Assembly (NCBI GenBank): GCA_031409955.1
Contig: JANNYF010000338.1
Coordinates: forward strand, 592 to 64,591
From: Blastocatellia bacterium
GTDB lineage: Bacteria > Acidobacteriota > Blastocatellia > RBC074
DNA length: 64,000 nucleotides
Direction of reading: 5' to 3'
The first letter of the stretch is position 1, and the number at the start of each line of letters is the position of its first letter. This document shows positions 1 to 10,067 of the stretch, piece by piece. Under the pieces are notes generated by a model. It had not been told where the DNA came from. It saw nothing but the letters and a program-made list of their open reading frames with translations, and searched no databases. The position numbers and the translations under genes are program-made.

Positions 1-1
1 C

Positions 2-1201
2 TTGTTGCTGCTTACTAGCGCATGTAACAAAGCGACGCCGCCCGCGCCCACCACGGTTGCCGCTGCGCCACCAACGCCTACCGTCATCGTCACGAATGTG
101 ATTACGCAAGAGCTTTCGCGCAACCTGCGCTTGCCGGGTGAATTGCTGCCGTATCAGGATGTGCAGTTGTATCCGAGGGTGCAGGGGTTCATTTCATGGA
201 TTGGCGTAGATCGTGGCTCCGAAGTCAAAGTCGGACAAGTACTCGTACGCTTGACTGCACCAGAATTTGCGGCGCAACGTGGTGAAGCGGAAGCCAAAAC
301 CAACGTCTCTACAGCACAAAAGCTCGAAGCCGAATCGCGTGTTGCAGGCATTCGCGCGCAACGCCTCGAAGCCGAAGCCAAGCTTGCTGCTTCCACCGCA
401 ACCTACAGTCGCTTGAAAGCCGCGTCTGCAACGCCGGGCGTAGTGTCCGGCAACGAACTGGAAAACGCACAACGCACGGTGGAAGCCGAGCAAGCGCGGG
501 TGCAGTTTTATAAGGAATCGGAAAAATCGTTAGCCGCACAAGTCAACGCATTGGCTGAGGGCGAAAAGGTTTCGCGTGCTTCGGTCAAAACTGTGCAGGT
601 CAACCAAAACTATTTGCAGATTACTGCTCCGTTCGCAGGCACCATTACCGAGCGGTTTGTACATCCCGGTGCGTTGGGCGGAACCACTCAATCGGTATTG
701 CGCTTGCAGCAAATTGCGCGGTTGCGCTTGGTCGTTGCTGTGCCAGAAGCGGAACTCGCAGGCGTGGCAAAAGGCACGCGGGTCGAATTCACTGTGCCTG
801 CGTTTTCGGGCGAAACCTTTGCCGGAGTCATCGCACGTATCGGCAATTCGCTGGACCCAAAAACGCGCACGATGCCCGTGGAATTGGACGTCAACAATCC
901 TGCTAAAAAATTAGCACCGGGCATGTTTCCCCAAGTTAATTGGCCTTCGCATCGTCCGCGCCCGTCGCTGTTTGTGCCCCTTTCGGCAGTAGCGACGACG
1001 ACGGAAAAAACATTTGTCATTCGGATCAAGAATGAGATTACCGAGTGGGTGGACGTGAAGCGCGGCACTTCGATCAACAAAGACGGCAAAGATTTGGTGG
1101 AGATTTTTGGCGATGTGGCGGAAGGCGATTCCATTGCCGTGCGCGGCACGGATGAATTGCGCGCGGGAACGAAAGCAACCACCAAAGCAGCAGGGAAGTA
1201 G
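2..1201 (+). CDS. Efflux RND periplasmic adaptor (membrane-fusion protein, HlyD family). The ORF is open to the window edge, so it is 5'-partial.
   Basis: Ala/Glu-rich coiled-coil hairpin ([36 protein letters not shown]), a [10 protein letters not shown] beta-barrel motif, and a C-terminal beta domain; no start codon before the ORF reaches the window edge. Confidence 0.6.
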   Translation: MLLLTSACNKATPPAPTTVAAAPPTPTVIVTNVITQELSRNLRLPGELLPYQDVQLYPRVQGFISWIGVDRGSEVKVGQVLVRLTAPEFAAQRGEAEAKTNVSTAQKLEAESRVAGIRAQRLEAEAKLAASTATYSRLKAASATPGVVSGNELENAQRTVEAEQARVQFYKESEKSLAAQVNALAEGEKVSRASVKTVQVNQNYLQITAPFAGTITERFVHPGALGGTTQSVLRLQQIARLRLVVAVPEAELAGVAKGTRVEFTVPAFSGETFAGVIARIGNSLDPKTRTMPVELDVNNPAKKLAPGMFPQVNWPSHRPRPSLFVPLSAVATTTEKTFVIRIKNEITEWVDVKRGTSINKDGKDLVEIFGDVAEGDSIAVRGTDELRAGTKATTKAAGK

Positions 1202-1377
1202 CAGCTTAACGATTGGCGGGATAGCGAAATCGTAACCTGCGCGCCAATTCAAGCGGAAAATTTTTATCGTCCACACCTGCGTTTGCAGTGACCAGCACCT
1301 GCTCCCAGCATTCATTTAGGCATCTCACTGCAAACTCGCGTTAACTTATTGAAGCGGTTCGCACCCCAGCATTTTTC

Positions 1378-1406
1378 TTGACAAGAATTGTCACCTACCT
1401 TAGTAT
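1378..1406 (+). promoter_or_regulatory. Sigma-70-type promoter upstream of pilB: TTGACA, a 17-bp spacer, then TAGTAT. A TGACA-N5-TGTCA palindrome overlaps the -35 box.
   Basis: Read directly: ttgacaagaattgtcacctaccttagtat, about 120 bp upstream of the pilB ATG. Confidence 0.45.
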
Positions 1407-1524
1407 CCGACACGTGCGTTAGACGTTGTTTAAATACAGCGAGATTGCCCCTCTAAGCTGGCGGCCTCAACCTCAAACTCATCTTTACGCCTTGCCCCTT
1501 GGCGTCGTCGGAGACCGAAAATCA

Positions 1525-3387
1525 ATGTCAGGCAAATTAGGCGAAATCCTCATCCGTCAGAACCTGCTCACGCCCGACCAACTTAAAGAAGCGGTCGAAT
1601 ACCAACGGCGCAATAATCTAGGGCTGACTGCAAGCCTAGTTCATCTCGGGGCGGTTTCTGAGCAACAAATTACGTCCGCTTTGAGCAAGCAATATGGTGT
1701 CCCTTCCATTGATTTTTCGACGGTTGAAATTGATGAAAATGTGACGCGTCTGGTGCCGCGCGAAGTCGCGCAAAAATATTGTGTAGTGCCGGTATCGCGG
1801 CGCGGAGCCACGCTCACGCTGGCGATGGCTGATCCGGCAAACGTCTATGCAATGGACGACATCAAGTTCGTTACAGGGTTCACGATTGAACCGGTCGTCG
1901 CGTCAGAGATCAGCGTTCGGCAAGCGATTGATCGGGGCTATGGCGGCGTCCGCGCGCTTGATTTACATACAGGCAAAGAAGTTCTCAGCCCGTTGGAAAA
2001 AGCAGCGTCGGAGTCGCAGTTCAATCGTCCGTTGCAAAAGAAAAAGGAAAAGACTGAAACAGCGAAACCAGAAGGGCTTTCTTCCAACGATCTGGCGGCG
2101 GCGGCGAATTTGGTGTCGGAGTTTGAATCGGAATTTGGCGATGCGGAAGACGCGCTAGAGGTTTTGGAAGAGCAGTCTGAAATTGACATTCGCTCGCTGG
2201 AAGGTACAAGTCAGGAAGCGCCGGTTGTGCGGCTAGTTAATGTCATTTTGGTGGAATCGTTGCGGCGCGGGGCTTCGGACATTCACATCGAACCTTATGA
2301 ACGCGAATTTCGCGTGCGCTTTCGCATTGACGGCATTCTTTACAACATCATGAATCCGCCGCTGAAATTGCGGGATGCGCTGATTTCGCGGCTCAAGATC
2401 ATGTCGAAACTCGACATTTCCGAGAAGCGATTGCCCCAGGATGGGCGCATCAAAATTAAGCTCCGCTTCGAAGGCAAATCGCGCGAGTTGGACTTCCGCG
2501 TCTCGTCGCTGCCGACATTGTTCGGCGAAAAAGTTGTGCTGCGATTGCTCGATAAAGAAAAGCTGATGCTCGATATGACGAAGCTCGGCTTTGAGGTATC
2601 AAGCCTGGAAAAATTCAAGCGCAACATCGAAAAGCCGTACGGCATGTGCCTGGTCACGGGACCAACTGGCTCCGGCAAAACCAACACGTTGTATTCCGCG
2701 CTGCAATCGCTCAACACAATTGACACTAACATTATGACCGCCGAAGACCCGGTCGAATTCAATTTGATGGGCATCAATCAGGTGCAGATCAAGGACCAAA
2801 TTGGGCTGACGTTTGCGGCGGCTTTGCGGTCGTTTTTGCGGCAAGACCCAAATATTATCCTGGTCGGCGAAATCCGCGATTTTGAAACCGCTGAAATCGC
2901 GGTCAAAGCCGCGCTCACCGGGCACATGGTGTTGTCTACGCTGCACACAAATGACGCGCCTTCGACGGTCTCGCGGCTGATGAATATGGGCATTGAGCCG
3001 TTCCTGGTTGCCACGTCGGTCAACCTCATCCAGGCCCAACGTCTGATTCGTCGCATTTGCGCCAACTGCAAAGGGGAATTGCAACTTCCGGTGCAGGCGC
3101 TGCTGGATTTTGGGTTCGGAGAAGAAGAATCGCAGGCAATGAAACTGTACAAGGGCAAGGGTTGCGAGAAGTGCAATGGCACGGGCTACAAAGGCCGCGT
3201 TGGGTTGTACGAAGTGATGGAAATGACTGATTCCTTGCGCGAATTGATTCTGGTCGGGGCGTCGAACATTGAATTGCGCAAACAGGCGATTGACGACGGC
3301 ATGATTACGTTGCGCGGCAGCGGCGTAGAAAAGGTTCGACAAGGGATCACGACGATGGAAGAAGTCGTCCGCGAAACTGTCAAATAA
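1525..3387 (+). CDS. pilB: Type IV pilus assembly ATPase PilB (GspE family)
   Basis: N-terminal GspII/T2SSE_N-like domain (LGEILIRQNLLTPDQLKEAVEYQ), Walker A GPTGSGKT, a tetracysteine motif (CANCKG...CEKCNGTGYKGR), and a GGAGA ribosome-binding site 8 nt upstream of the ATG at 1525. Confidence 0.9.
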   Translation: MSGKLGEILIRQNLLTPDQLKEAVEYQRRNNLGLTASLVHLGAVSEQQITSALSKQYGVPSIDFSTVEIDENVTRLVPREVAQKYCVVPVSRRGATLTLAMADPANVYAMDDIKFVTGFTIEPVVASEISVRQAIDRGYGGVRALDLHTGKEVLSPLEKAASESQFNRPLQKKKEKTETAKPEGLSSNDLAAAANLVSEFESEFGDAEDALEVLEEQSEIDIRSLEGTSQEAPVVRLVNVILVESLRRGASDIHIEPYEREFRVRFRIDGILYNIMNPPLKLRDALISRLKIMSKLDISEKRLPQDGRIKIKLRFEGKSRELDFRVSSLPTLFGEKVVLRLLDKEKLMLDMTKLGFEVSSLEKFKRNIEKPYGMCLVTGPTGSGKTNTLYSALQSLNTIDTNIMTAEDPVEFNLMGINQVQIKDQIGLTFAAALRSFLRQDPNIILVGEIRDFETAEIAVKAALTGHMVLSTLHTNDAPSTVSRLMNMGIEPFLVATSVNLIQAQRLIRRICANCKGELQLPVQALLDFGFGEEESQAMKLYKGKGCEKCNGTGYKGRVGLYEVMEMTDSLRELILVGASNIELRKQAIDDGMITLRGSGVEKVRQGITTMEEVVRETVK

Positions 3388-3448
3388 ACACGTAGTGGCG
3401 AATTCATTCGCTGTGGTTTTTTAAGCAGGTAAATTTGCTACTACGTGA
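3388..3448. repeat. Palindromic intergenic element, family A copy 1 (cacgtagtRgcgaattcat ... aaatttgctactacgtg). It is hairpin- or terminator-like.
   Basis: An 11-17 bp inverted repeat with a T-rich loop, immediately after the pilB stop. It is nearly identical to the element at 21478-21541. Confidence 0.6.
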
Positions 3449-3462
3449 AACGGGAACACGCT

Positions 3463-4773
3463 ATGGCGAACGAAAACCTTACTCTCACTGACCTTCTGAA
3501 GCGCATGACCGAAATGCGCGGATCGGATTTGCACATCACGTTGAATTCACCGCCGCAAATTCGCGTGGATGGCGAAATGCACCCGCTCACGGAATTCGAA
3601 AACATGAATGCGGCAGACACCAAATCATTGGCGTACTCGGTGTTGACCGATGCGCAAAAACACCGATTTGAAGAAGACCTGGAGCTGGATTTTTCGTTTG
3701 GCGTCAAAGGGCTGTCGCGGTTTCGCGCGAACCTGTTCAATCAAAAAGGCGCGGTGGCCGCCGTGTTCCGTGCGATTCCCTACGAAATCAAAACGTTCGA
3801 GCAACTGAATCTGCCAAAGATTGTGTCGCAGCTTTGCGAAAAGCCGCGCGGCTTGATTCTTGTCACTGGCCCGACGGGTTCGGGCAAATCTACGACATTG
3901 GCCGCGATGCTCGACAAAATCAACCGAGACCGTCACGACCACATTCTGACGATTGAAGACCCGATTGAATTTCTGCATCCGCACCGCAACTGTCTGGTCA
4001 ATCAACGCGAAGTCAAAGCCGATACGCATAGCTTCACCAGCGCGCTGCGCTCCGCCTTGCGCCAGGACCCGGACGTGGTGCTGATCGGCGAAATGCGCGA
4101 CCTCGAAACCATCGAAGCCGCGTTGCGCATTGCCGAAACCGGTCATATGACGTTTGGCACGCTGCACACAAATTCTGCGGCGGCCACCATCAACCGTGTC
4201 ATTGACGTGTTTCCCGCGTATCAACAATCCCAGATTCGCGCGCAGTTGAGTTTGGTGCTGGAAGGCGTGATGTGTCAGACGCTGCTGCCAAAAGCGCACG
4301 GTACCGGGCGCGTCATGGCGTTGGAAATCCTGATGCCCAATCCGGCCATTCGCAATCTAATCCGCGAAGACAAGATTCACCAGATTTATTCGATGATGCA
4401 AACCGGGCAGGAAAAATACGGCATGCAAACGCTCAATCAATCGCTGGCGACGCTATATTTTCAAAAACATATCACGCTTGAATCCGCCATCCAGCGTTCG
4501 GCGCACCCAGAGGAATTGCAAGACCTGATCAATCGGGGTGCGGGCCTCATCAATTACACGGGAGATCGCGGGGCAGCGGCGACCAAAGCCAGCCAGCCAA
4601 ATCAGCTATCAGTGCAAACTGCAATGCCGCCGGGGGTACAGCCGGGAACTGTTGCTCCGCCCGCGCCTCCGGGCGCAAGTCCCTTTGCCTCTCCGACGCC
4701 TGGCACGAGTCCTTTTGCACCTTCGCCGCCGGGGTCAGGCCCGAATCCGTTTGCGCCGCCGGGGCGACGTTGA
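3463..4773 (+). CDS. pilT: Twitching-motility ATPase PilT with an unusual Pro-rich C-terminal extension of about 70 aa
   Basis: The LHITLNSPPQIRVDG N-terminus, Walker A GPTGSGKST, and a PilT-type AIRNLIRE helix. The C-terminal 70 aa are rich in P, G, A and S (PPAPPGASPFASPTPGTSPFAPSPPGSGPNPFAPPG). Confidence 0.85.
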   Translation: MANENLTLTDLLKRMTEMRGSDLHITLNSPPQIRVDGEMHPLTEFENMNAADTKSLAYSVLTDAQKHRFEEDLELDFSFGVKGLSRFRANLFNQKGAVAAVFRAIPYEIKTFEQLNLPKIVSQLCEKPRGLILVTGPTGSGKSTTLAAMLDKINRDRHDHILTIEDPIEFLHPHRNCLVNQREVKADTHSFTSALRSALRQDPDVVLIGEMRDLETIEAALRIAETGHMTFGTLHTNSAAATINRVIDVFPAYQQSQIRAQLSLVLEGVMCQTLLPKAHGTGRVMALEILMPNPAIRNLIREDKIHQIYSMMQTGQEKYGMQTLNQSLATLYFQKHITLESAIQRSAHPEELQDLINRGAGLINYTGDRGAAATKASQPNQLSVQTAMPPGVQPGTVAPPAPPGASPFASPTPGTSPFAPSPPGSGPNPFAPPGRR

Positions 4774-4860
4774 TTTGCTATTTGAATTGCTGCTCCTCCG
4801 CCCGCGGCCCTGGGCACGGAGCCAGCCTTGAGTTTTAGAGAAATTATTTACGAGGAAATC

Positions 4861-6084
4861 ATGCCAATTTACGCTTATAAGGGCCGCAATCGGGCAAACG
4901 AGAATGTTAGTGGAGAGAAAACCGCCGAGAATCGGGAAGCGTTGGATCGCTTGCTCAAGCGCGAGCAGATTACCATCACGAATGTCCGGGAAAAAGGACG
5001 CGAAATAGCGCTGCCTAAGCTCAAAGGAAGACAGAGCGTCAATGCCAAAGAACTGTCCATTTTCACCAAACAGTTCTCGGTAATGATTGATGCGGGGTTG
5101 CCGCTGGTGCAATGTCTGGACATTTTGGCGGCTCAGCAACCGAACAAGTTTTTTGCGCAATCCATCAGCGGCGTGCAGGCCGATGTCGAAGCCGGCAGCA
5201 CGTTGGCTGCCGCGATGGAAAAACAACCGAAGGTCTTTGATCGGCTTTACACCAATATGGTTGCGGCAGGCGAAACGGGCGGTATTCTCGACAACATCCT
5301 GCAACGCTTGTCGGTTTACATTGAAAAGGCTGTGAAGCTGAAGTCGGACATCAAGGGCGCGATGATGTATCCGGTCATCGTCGTTATCATGGCGGTCATC
5401 GTGATTTCGGTAATTATGATCGTCGTGATTCCATCCTTCACCCAAATCTTCAAGGAGTTGTTGGGCGGTGATGCCGGGCTGCCGGTGCCCACGCAAATCG
5501 TTGTCAACATCAGCCACTTTCTGGTGGGCTATTGGTGGCTGCTGGCTCTGGTGAGCGGCGCGACTGCTTATGGGATCAAAATGTATTACGCGACGCCGAA
5601 AGGCAAGCGGGTCATTGACAACATGTTGCTGAAGGCACCGATCCTGGGCCCAGTCGTCAAAAAAGTGGCGGTCGCGCGCTTTGCACGCACGCTTTCGACG
5701 CTGCTTTCTTCGGGTGTTTCGATCCTTGAAGCGCTTGACATCACGGCCTGCACGGCCGGCAACGTGATGATTGAGGAAGCGATTCTCAAAGTACGTGCTG
5801 GCGTCGAACGCGGGCAGACGTTAGTCGAACCGCTCAATGCGACGGGCATTTTCCCCAGTATGGTGGGGCAGATGATTGGCATCGGTGAACAAACCGGCGC
5901 GCTGGATACAATGCTCGGCAAGATTGCTGATTTTTACGAACAGGAAGTGGATTCGGCAGTTGCCGGGCTGCTGACGTTGATCGAACCCTTGATGATCGGC
6001 TTTCTCGGCATCAGCATCGGCGGCATTGTTATTGCCATGTATCTGCCGTTGTTCACTCTGATCGGAAAGCTGTCGGGCAAATAG
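4861..6084 (+). CDS. pilC: Type IV pilus inner-membrane platform protein PilC (GspF family)
   Basis: Two GspF repeats (LSIFTKQFSVMIDAGLPLVQCL... and FARTLSTLLSSGVSILEAL...), three transmembrane segments, and a GAGGAAATC ribosome-binding site before the ATG at 4861. Confidence 0.85.
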   Translation: MPIYAYKGRNRANENVSGEKTAENREALDRLLKREQITITNVREKGREIALPKLKGRQSVNAKELSIFTKQFSVMIDAGLPLVQCLDILAAQQPNKFFAQSISGVQADVEAGSTLAAAMEKQPKVFDRLYTNMVAAGETGGILDNILQRLSVYIEKAVKLKSDIKGAMMYPVIVVIMAVIVISVIMIVVIPSFTQIFKELLGGDAGLPVPTQIVVNISHFLVGYWWLLALVSGATAYGIKMYYATPKGKRVIDNMLLKAPILGPVVKKVAVARFARTLSTLLSSGVSILEALDITACTAGNVMIEEAILKVRAGVERGQTLVEPLNATGIFPSMVGQMIGIGEQTGALDTMLGKIADFYEQEVDSAVAGLLTLIEPLMIGFLGISIGGIVIAMYLPLFTLIGKLSGK

Positions 6085-6107
6085 CGATGTCAGGCGTGAG
6101 GTGATTT

Positions 6108-7802
6108 ATGGAACAACCCAAACCGAATTTATTTCGCACGGGCAAGACCGACCGATTTAGAAGCTATCTCACCTGGTTGTTGATCGGACGTCCCGGTGCG
6201 GTCTTGACCTTGCTGGCAGCGGCCTACGCCTTGCGGCAAGTCGTCAAACCTGAAGTAGTCGAGCATCTCTTGGAAAGCGTGGTCTGGATCACCGGGGCGA
6301 CGTTTGGTGTAACGTTCGTGTATGCCTTACTGAGCCTATTTTCCAAGCAATATCGGTTTCAGGCGTATCTGCAAATGATCGGGGATGTCGCGTTGGTGAC
6401 GTGGTTGGTCTATTTGACTGACGCGGTGCGCTCGCCTTTTATCGCTCTGTATTTGATCGTGATTTTTACGATCAGTTGTCTCACCTCGAAGTACGGAACC
6501 TACTTATTGACGTCGTTAATTACGGCTTGTTATCTGGGGCTGGTGATGCAAGTCCATCAGCAGTTCCCGGACAAGGTGATCGTCCATCAGACGGCGATTG
6601 GCTTTTATGTCTTTGCATTTTTTGCCGTCGCGTTTTTGAGCAGCCAATTCAACGAACAGCTTTCGCGGACGGATGCGAATCTGGCGCTGGCGAATCGCAA
6701 ACTCAACGACATTCGCGCTTTCAGCGAACGCGTGATTGACAGTATCAGCAGCGGCTTGGTGACGATTGATTTACAACATCAAATCATTTCGTTCAATCGC
6801 GCCGCCGAAGAAATCACGGGCTTCAACGCGGCGCAAGTGGTCGGCAAACATTTGAATGCGCTCTTCCCGACCATTTCGGATCAGCTCGAAGCAGGCAAGG
6901 ATGTGCTGCTGGGCGGACACGGTCTGTCGCGCTTGAATCTGGATTGCAAAACGGCGGAAGGTAAGCAGATTCAATTGGGCTTCAGCATCTCGCCGTTGAC
7001 GACCGTGACGGGCGAAATCACCGGATTCGTTTTGCCCTTTCAGGATTTGACGGACGTGATGCGATTGGAACGCGATGTGCGGCGGCAGGATCGGTTGGCG
7101 GCTCTGGGACGCGTCGCCGCAGCCATCGCGCACGAAATTCGCAATCCACTGGCTTCGATGCGCGGCGCAGTGCAGGTGCTGGGCAACGATTCCCGACTGT
7201 CCGATGAAGATGCGCAGTTGATGAATATCGTGTTGCGCGAATCGGATCGCATTGATCGCATCATCAGCGACTTCCTGATGTATGCGCGCCCGCGCCAGCC
7301 GGAAAAAGAAGTCGTGGATTTAAATCACTTGCTGGAAGAAACCCTGACGTTGTTGCGCTATAACTCGGAAATTGACAGCAGCAAATATCAGTTGCTCGCC
7401 GAGCCTTGCGCCGACCCGGCCTTGATCTTTGCCGACCCGGGGCAGATGCGGCAGGTGTTGTGGAATCTGGCGCGCAACGCGATCAAGGCGATGACCGATG
7501 GCGGCACGTTTACGATTGCGATTCGTCGCAGCGGGGACGGAACGATGATTCAAGTGGATTTCACCGACCTGGGCATTGGCATGACCGAAGAACAGATCGA
7601 ACGGATTTTTGAACCGTTCAGCTCTTTCAGTGCAGGCGGCACCGGCCTGGGAATGAGCGTCGTGTATCACATCATCAGTGAACATCGCGGCAAGATAGAC
7701 ATCAAGAGCGAGGTTGGTCAGGGCACAACCATCTCGCTTCTGTTCGCCGCTCACCTCGAAACTCATACCGAAGAAAAAGCCGTTAGCGCTGCGTATGCTT
7801 GA
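6108..7802 (+). CDS. pilS: Membrane sensor histidine kinase, PilS-like (polytopic N-terminus, PAS, HisKA, HATPase)
   Basis: About six N-terminal transmembrane helices, a PAS region (ISSGLVTIDLQHQIISFNRAAEEITGF), an H-box AAIAHEIRNPL, and G-boxes DLGIGM and GGTGLGMSV. It sits directly upstream of pilR. Confidence 0.7.
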   Translation: MEQPKPNLFRTGKTDRFRSYLTWLLIGRPGAVLTLLAAAYALRQVVKPEVVEHLLESVVWITGATFGVTFVYALLSLFSKQYRFQAYLQMIGDVALVTWLVYLTDAVRSPFIALYLIVIFTISCLTSKYGTYLLTSLITACYLGLVMQVHQQFPDKVIVHQTAIGFYVFAFFAVAFLSSQFNEQLSRTDANLALANRKLNDIRAFSERVIDSISSGLVTIDLQHQIISFNRAAEEITGFNAAQVVGKHLNALFPTISDQLEAGKDVLLGGHGLSRLNLDCKTAEGKQIQLGFSISPLTTVTGEITGFVLPFQDLTDVMRLERDVRRQDRLAALGRVAAAIAHEIRNPLASMRGAVQVLGNDSRLSDEDAQLMNIVLRESDRIDRIISDFLMYARPRQPEKEVVDLNHLLEETLTLLRYNSEIDSSKYQLLAEPCADPALIFADPGQMRQVLWNLARNAIKAMTDGGTFTIAIRRSGDGTMIQVDFTDLGIGMTEEQIERIFEPFSSFSAGGTGLGMSVVYHIISEHRGKIDIKSEVGQGTTISLLFAAHLETHTEEKAVSAAYA

Positions 7803-7972
7803 TGGGCCGACGTTGGATGCACGCTGACCCCCGTTGAAATTTATGCAAGCCTCATTTGCGGCTCATTTGCGGTGGTGGAATGCCGCGACAGCCGCCACCC
7901 CGGCTGTCGCTGACCCCAAATGAGTCCCTCACAATCGTAGGTGATCCCCCGTGTGGAGTTGAAAATTGTAGT

Positions 7973-9385
7973 ATGGCAAAACTTCTAGTAGCAGATGATG
8001 AACGTAGTATGCGCGAGTTGCTCGAACTCGTTTTTAGGCGTGAAGGCCATCAGGTAACGGTGGTCTCAAACGGGCGCGAAGCGCTGGACGCAATGCAAAA
8101 GACCAACTTCGATTTGCTGATTACGGACGTCAAAATGCCGGACGTCGGTGGTATCGAATTGTTGCGCTCCGCCCGCGAACAAGCGCCGGAAATGATGGTC
8201 ATTATGATGACCGCTTTCGCCACCATCAACAGCGCGCGCGAAGCCTTCAAACTTGGTGCCGATGATTTTATTCAGAAGCCATTCGATGTAGATGAGTTCA
8301 AATTGGTCGTGCGCAAAGCGCTTGAAAAGCTTGATCTGCGCCAGGAAAACGCGTTGCTCAAACGCGAATTGCTCAAGCGCGGCAACCTCGGCGACATCAT
8401 CGGTCGCAGCCCGCAAATGCAGGCCGTCTATCAAATGGTCGAAACCGTCGCCGCCAATGCCAGCACGGTGCTGATCGTCGGCGAATCCGGCACGGGAAAA
8501 GAATTGGTCGCGCGCGCGGTACACAGCATGAGTCCGCGCCGTGATCGCGCGTTCGTTTCGGTCAACTGTGGCGCATTCACGGAAACGCTGCTCGAATCGG
8601 AACTCTTCGGCTACGTCAAAGGCGCATTTACAGGCGCGCAATCGAATCGCAAGGGGTTATTTGAAGCAGCAGAAGGCGGCACGATTTTTCTGGATGAAAT
8701 CGGCGAAATGAGTTTGACGATGCAGGTCAAACTGCTGCGCGTGTTGCAGGAACGACGGATTCGACGCGTTGGTGGCACCGAAGAAACGGCGATTGACACA
8801 CGCATTGTCGCCGCGACGCACCGCGATTTGGAAAAAATGGTTAAGTCCGGTGACTTCCGCGAAGACCTGTATTATCGCGTCTCGGTCATTCCGTTGGAGC
8901 TGCCGGCGTTGCGTGAGCGCAAAGCGGATATTCGAGATTTGACGCAGCATTTCCTCGACAAATTCGCCCACCTGACCAGCCAGGCCGTGAAGCATTGCAC
9001 AGAAGAAGTGATGCGCTATTTGGAAGAATACGATTGGCCCGGCAATGTCCGCGAGTTGGAAAACACCATCGAACGCGCAGTGGCATTGGAGATCAGCGAC
9101 GAAATCCAAGCCCAACGGTTGCCGGAGCGCATCCTGCGCTACTCGCCCAAAAAAGCGAATGGAGAACTGCATTTTCCCGATCAGGGAATTGACCTGGAAA
9201 AATATCTGAGCGAGTTGGAAAAGAGCTATTTGCTTGAAGCGTTGCGGCGCACCAACGGTAATCAAACCCGCGCGGCGACGTTGTTGAATATGACGGTGCG
9301 CAGTCTGCGACATTGTTTGGACAAGTACGAAATTCGCCACATGACCGGACAACTCCGCGAAGTGGCGGCGAATCAGCGAGGATGA
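7973..9385 (+). CDS. pilR: Sigma-54-dependent response regulator PilR (NtrC family: REC, AAA+, HTH)
   Basis: Receiver domain (LLVADDE...DLLITDVKMP), AAA+ Walker A GESGTGKE, a GAFTGA sigma-54 contact motif, ESELFGY, and a C-terminal Fis-type HTH. Confidence 0.85.
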   Translation: MAKLLVADDERSMRELLELVFRREGHQVTVVSNGREALDAMQKTNFDLLITDVKMPDVGGIELLRSAREQAPEMMVIMMTAFATINSAREAFKLGADDFIQKPFDVDEFKLVVRKALEKLDLRQENALLKRELLKRGNLGDIIGRSPQMQAVYQMVETVAANASTVLIVGESGTGKELVARAVHSMSPRRDRAFVSVNCGAFTETLLESELFGYVKGAFTGAQSNRKGLFEAAEGGTIFLDEIGEMSLTMQVKLLRVLQERRIRRVGGTEETAIDTRIVAATHRDLEKMVKSGDFREDLYYRVSVIPLELPALRERKADIRDLTQHFLDKFAHLTSQAVKHCTEEVMRYLEEYDWPGNVRELENTIERAVALEISDEIQAQRLPERILRYSPKKANGELHFPDQGIDLEKYLSELEKSYLLEALRRTNGNQTRAATLLNMTVRSLRHCLDKYEIRHMTGQLREVAANQRG

Positions 9386-9580
9386 TATGCCGCCGCTAGG
9401 GTTTGAAAAGTGGCACAGATTTCAGTCTGTTTGAAGTTTTGGGAGGGGTATCAGTCTCAAACTTGTTCCGCCGATGGTGAGTGATCGCAGAGCCAGATAA
9501 AGGCCATAAATATTACCTATTGGCTTCTTATTGTTTGGCTGGTTGAGGTTGGTTGGGCCTGTTACCAGAGAAGGTCATCT

Positions 9581-10030
9581 ATGCGTACACATTATCGGAA
9601 GAAGCAGTCGGCAGGCTTCACGCTCATCGAATTGATTATCGTCGTGACCATCATCGGAATCATTGCCGCCATCGCCATCCCGAATTTATTGACGATTCGG
9701 CGCACGGCCCAGGAAGCTTCGGGGGCTGCTATCGTAAAATCGCTCGTCAAAGCGGAAAGCATGTATTTTTCAAGTTACGGGAACCAATCCAGCTATGGCA
9801 CGCTGAACGAGTTAGTGACGCGCAATTGCATTGATGCCAGCCTGCTGACGGAAGCCCGTAATTACTACACGTTTCAGGTGAATTTATCTTCTCCGATCAC
9901 CTATAACATCACTGCGACGCCCGGTGCAGCTTACGCCGCCCAGATGCGGCATTTTTACGGAGATGAAACGGGTGTCATTCGATACGCAACGGGGGCCGCT
10001 GCCACTGTGGCTTCACCTCCGGTCAACTGA
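9581..10030 (+). CDS. pilA: Type IVa major pilin (prepilin with an N-terminal methylation motif)
   Basis: MRTHYRKKQSAG|FTLIELIIVVTIIGIIAAIAIPNLL: a class III signal peptide, a Gly-Phe cleavage site, and Glu at +5. The protein is 149 aa. Confidence 0.8.
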   Translation: MRTHYRKKQSAGFTLIELIIVVTIIGIIAAIAIPNLLTIRRTAQEASGAAIVKSLVKAESMYFSSYGNQSSYGTLNELVTRNCIDASLLTEARNYYTFQVNLSSPITYNITATPGAAYAAQMRHFYGDETGVIRYATGAAATVASPPVN

Positions 10031-10067
10031 TTGGCTGGCAGAATTAGAAACGCGTTATACTCACGCC

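Noticed and set aside
3445-3462. The GTG start of pilT at 3445.
   Set aside because: It lies inside the family A hairpin with no ribosome-binding site. The ATG at 3463 (MANENLTL) matches the canonical PilT N-terminus.
9405-9422. The TGGCAC motif (aagtggcacagatttcagt) upstream of the pilin gene, considered as a sigma-54 -24/-12 promoter for PilR-dependent pilA transcription.
   Set aside because: The -24 element is perfect, but the -12 position reads TCAG rather than TTGC and the site is about 170 bp from the ATG. It is not convincing without a weight-matrix score or transcription-start data.
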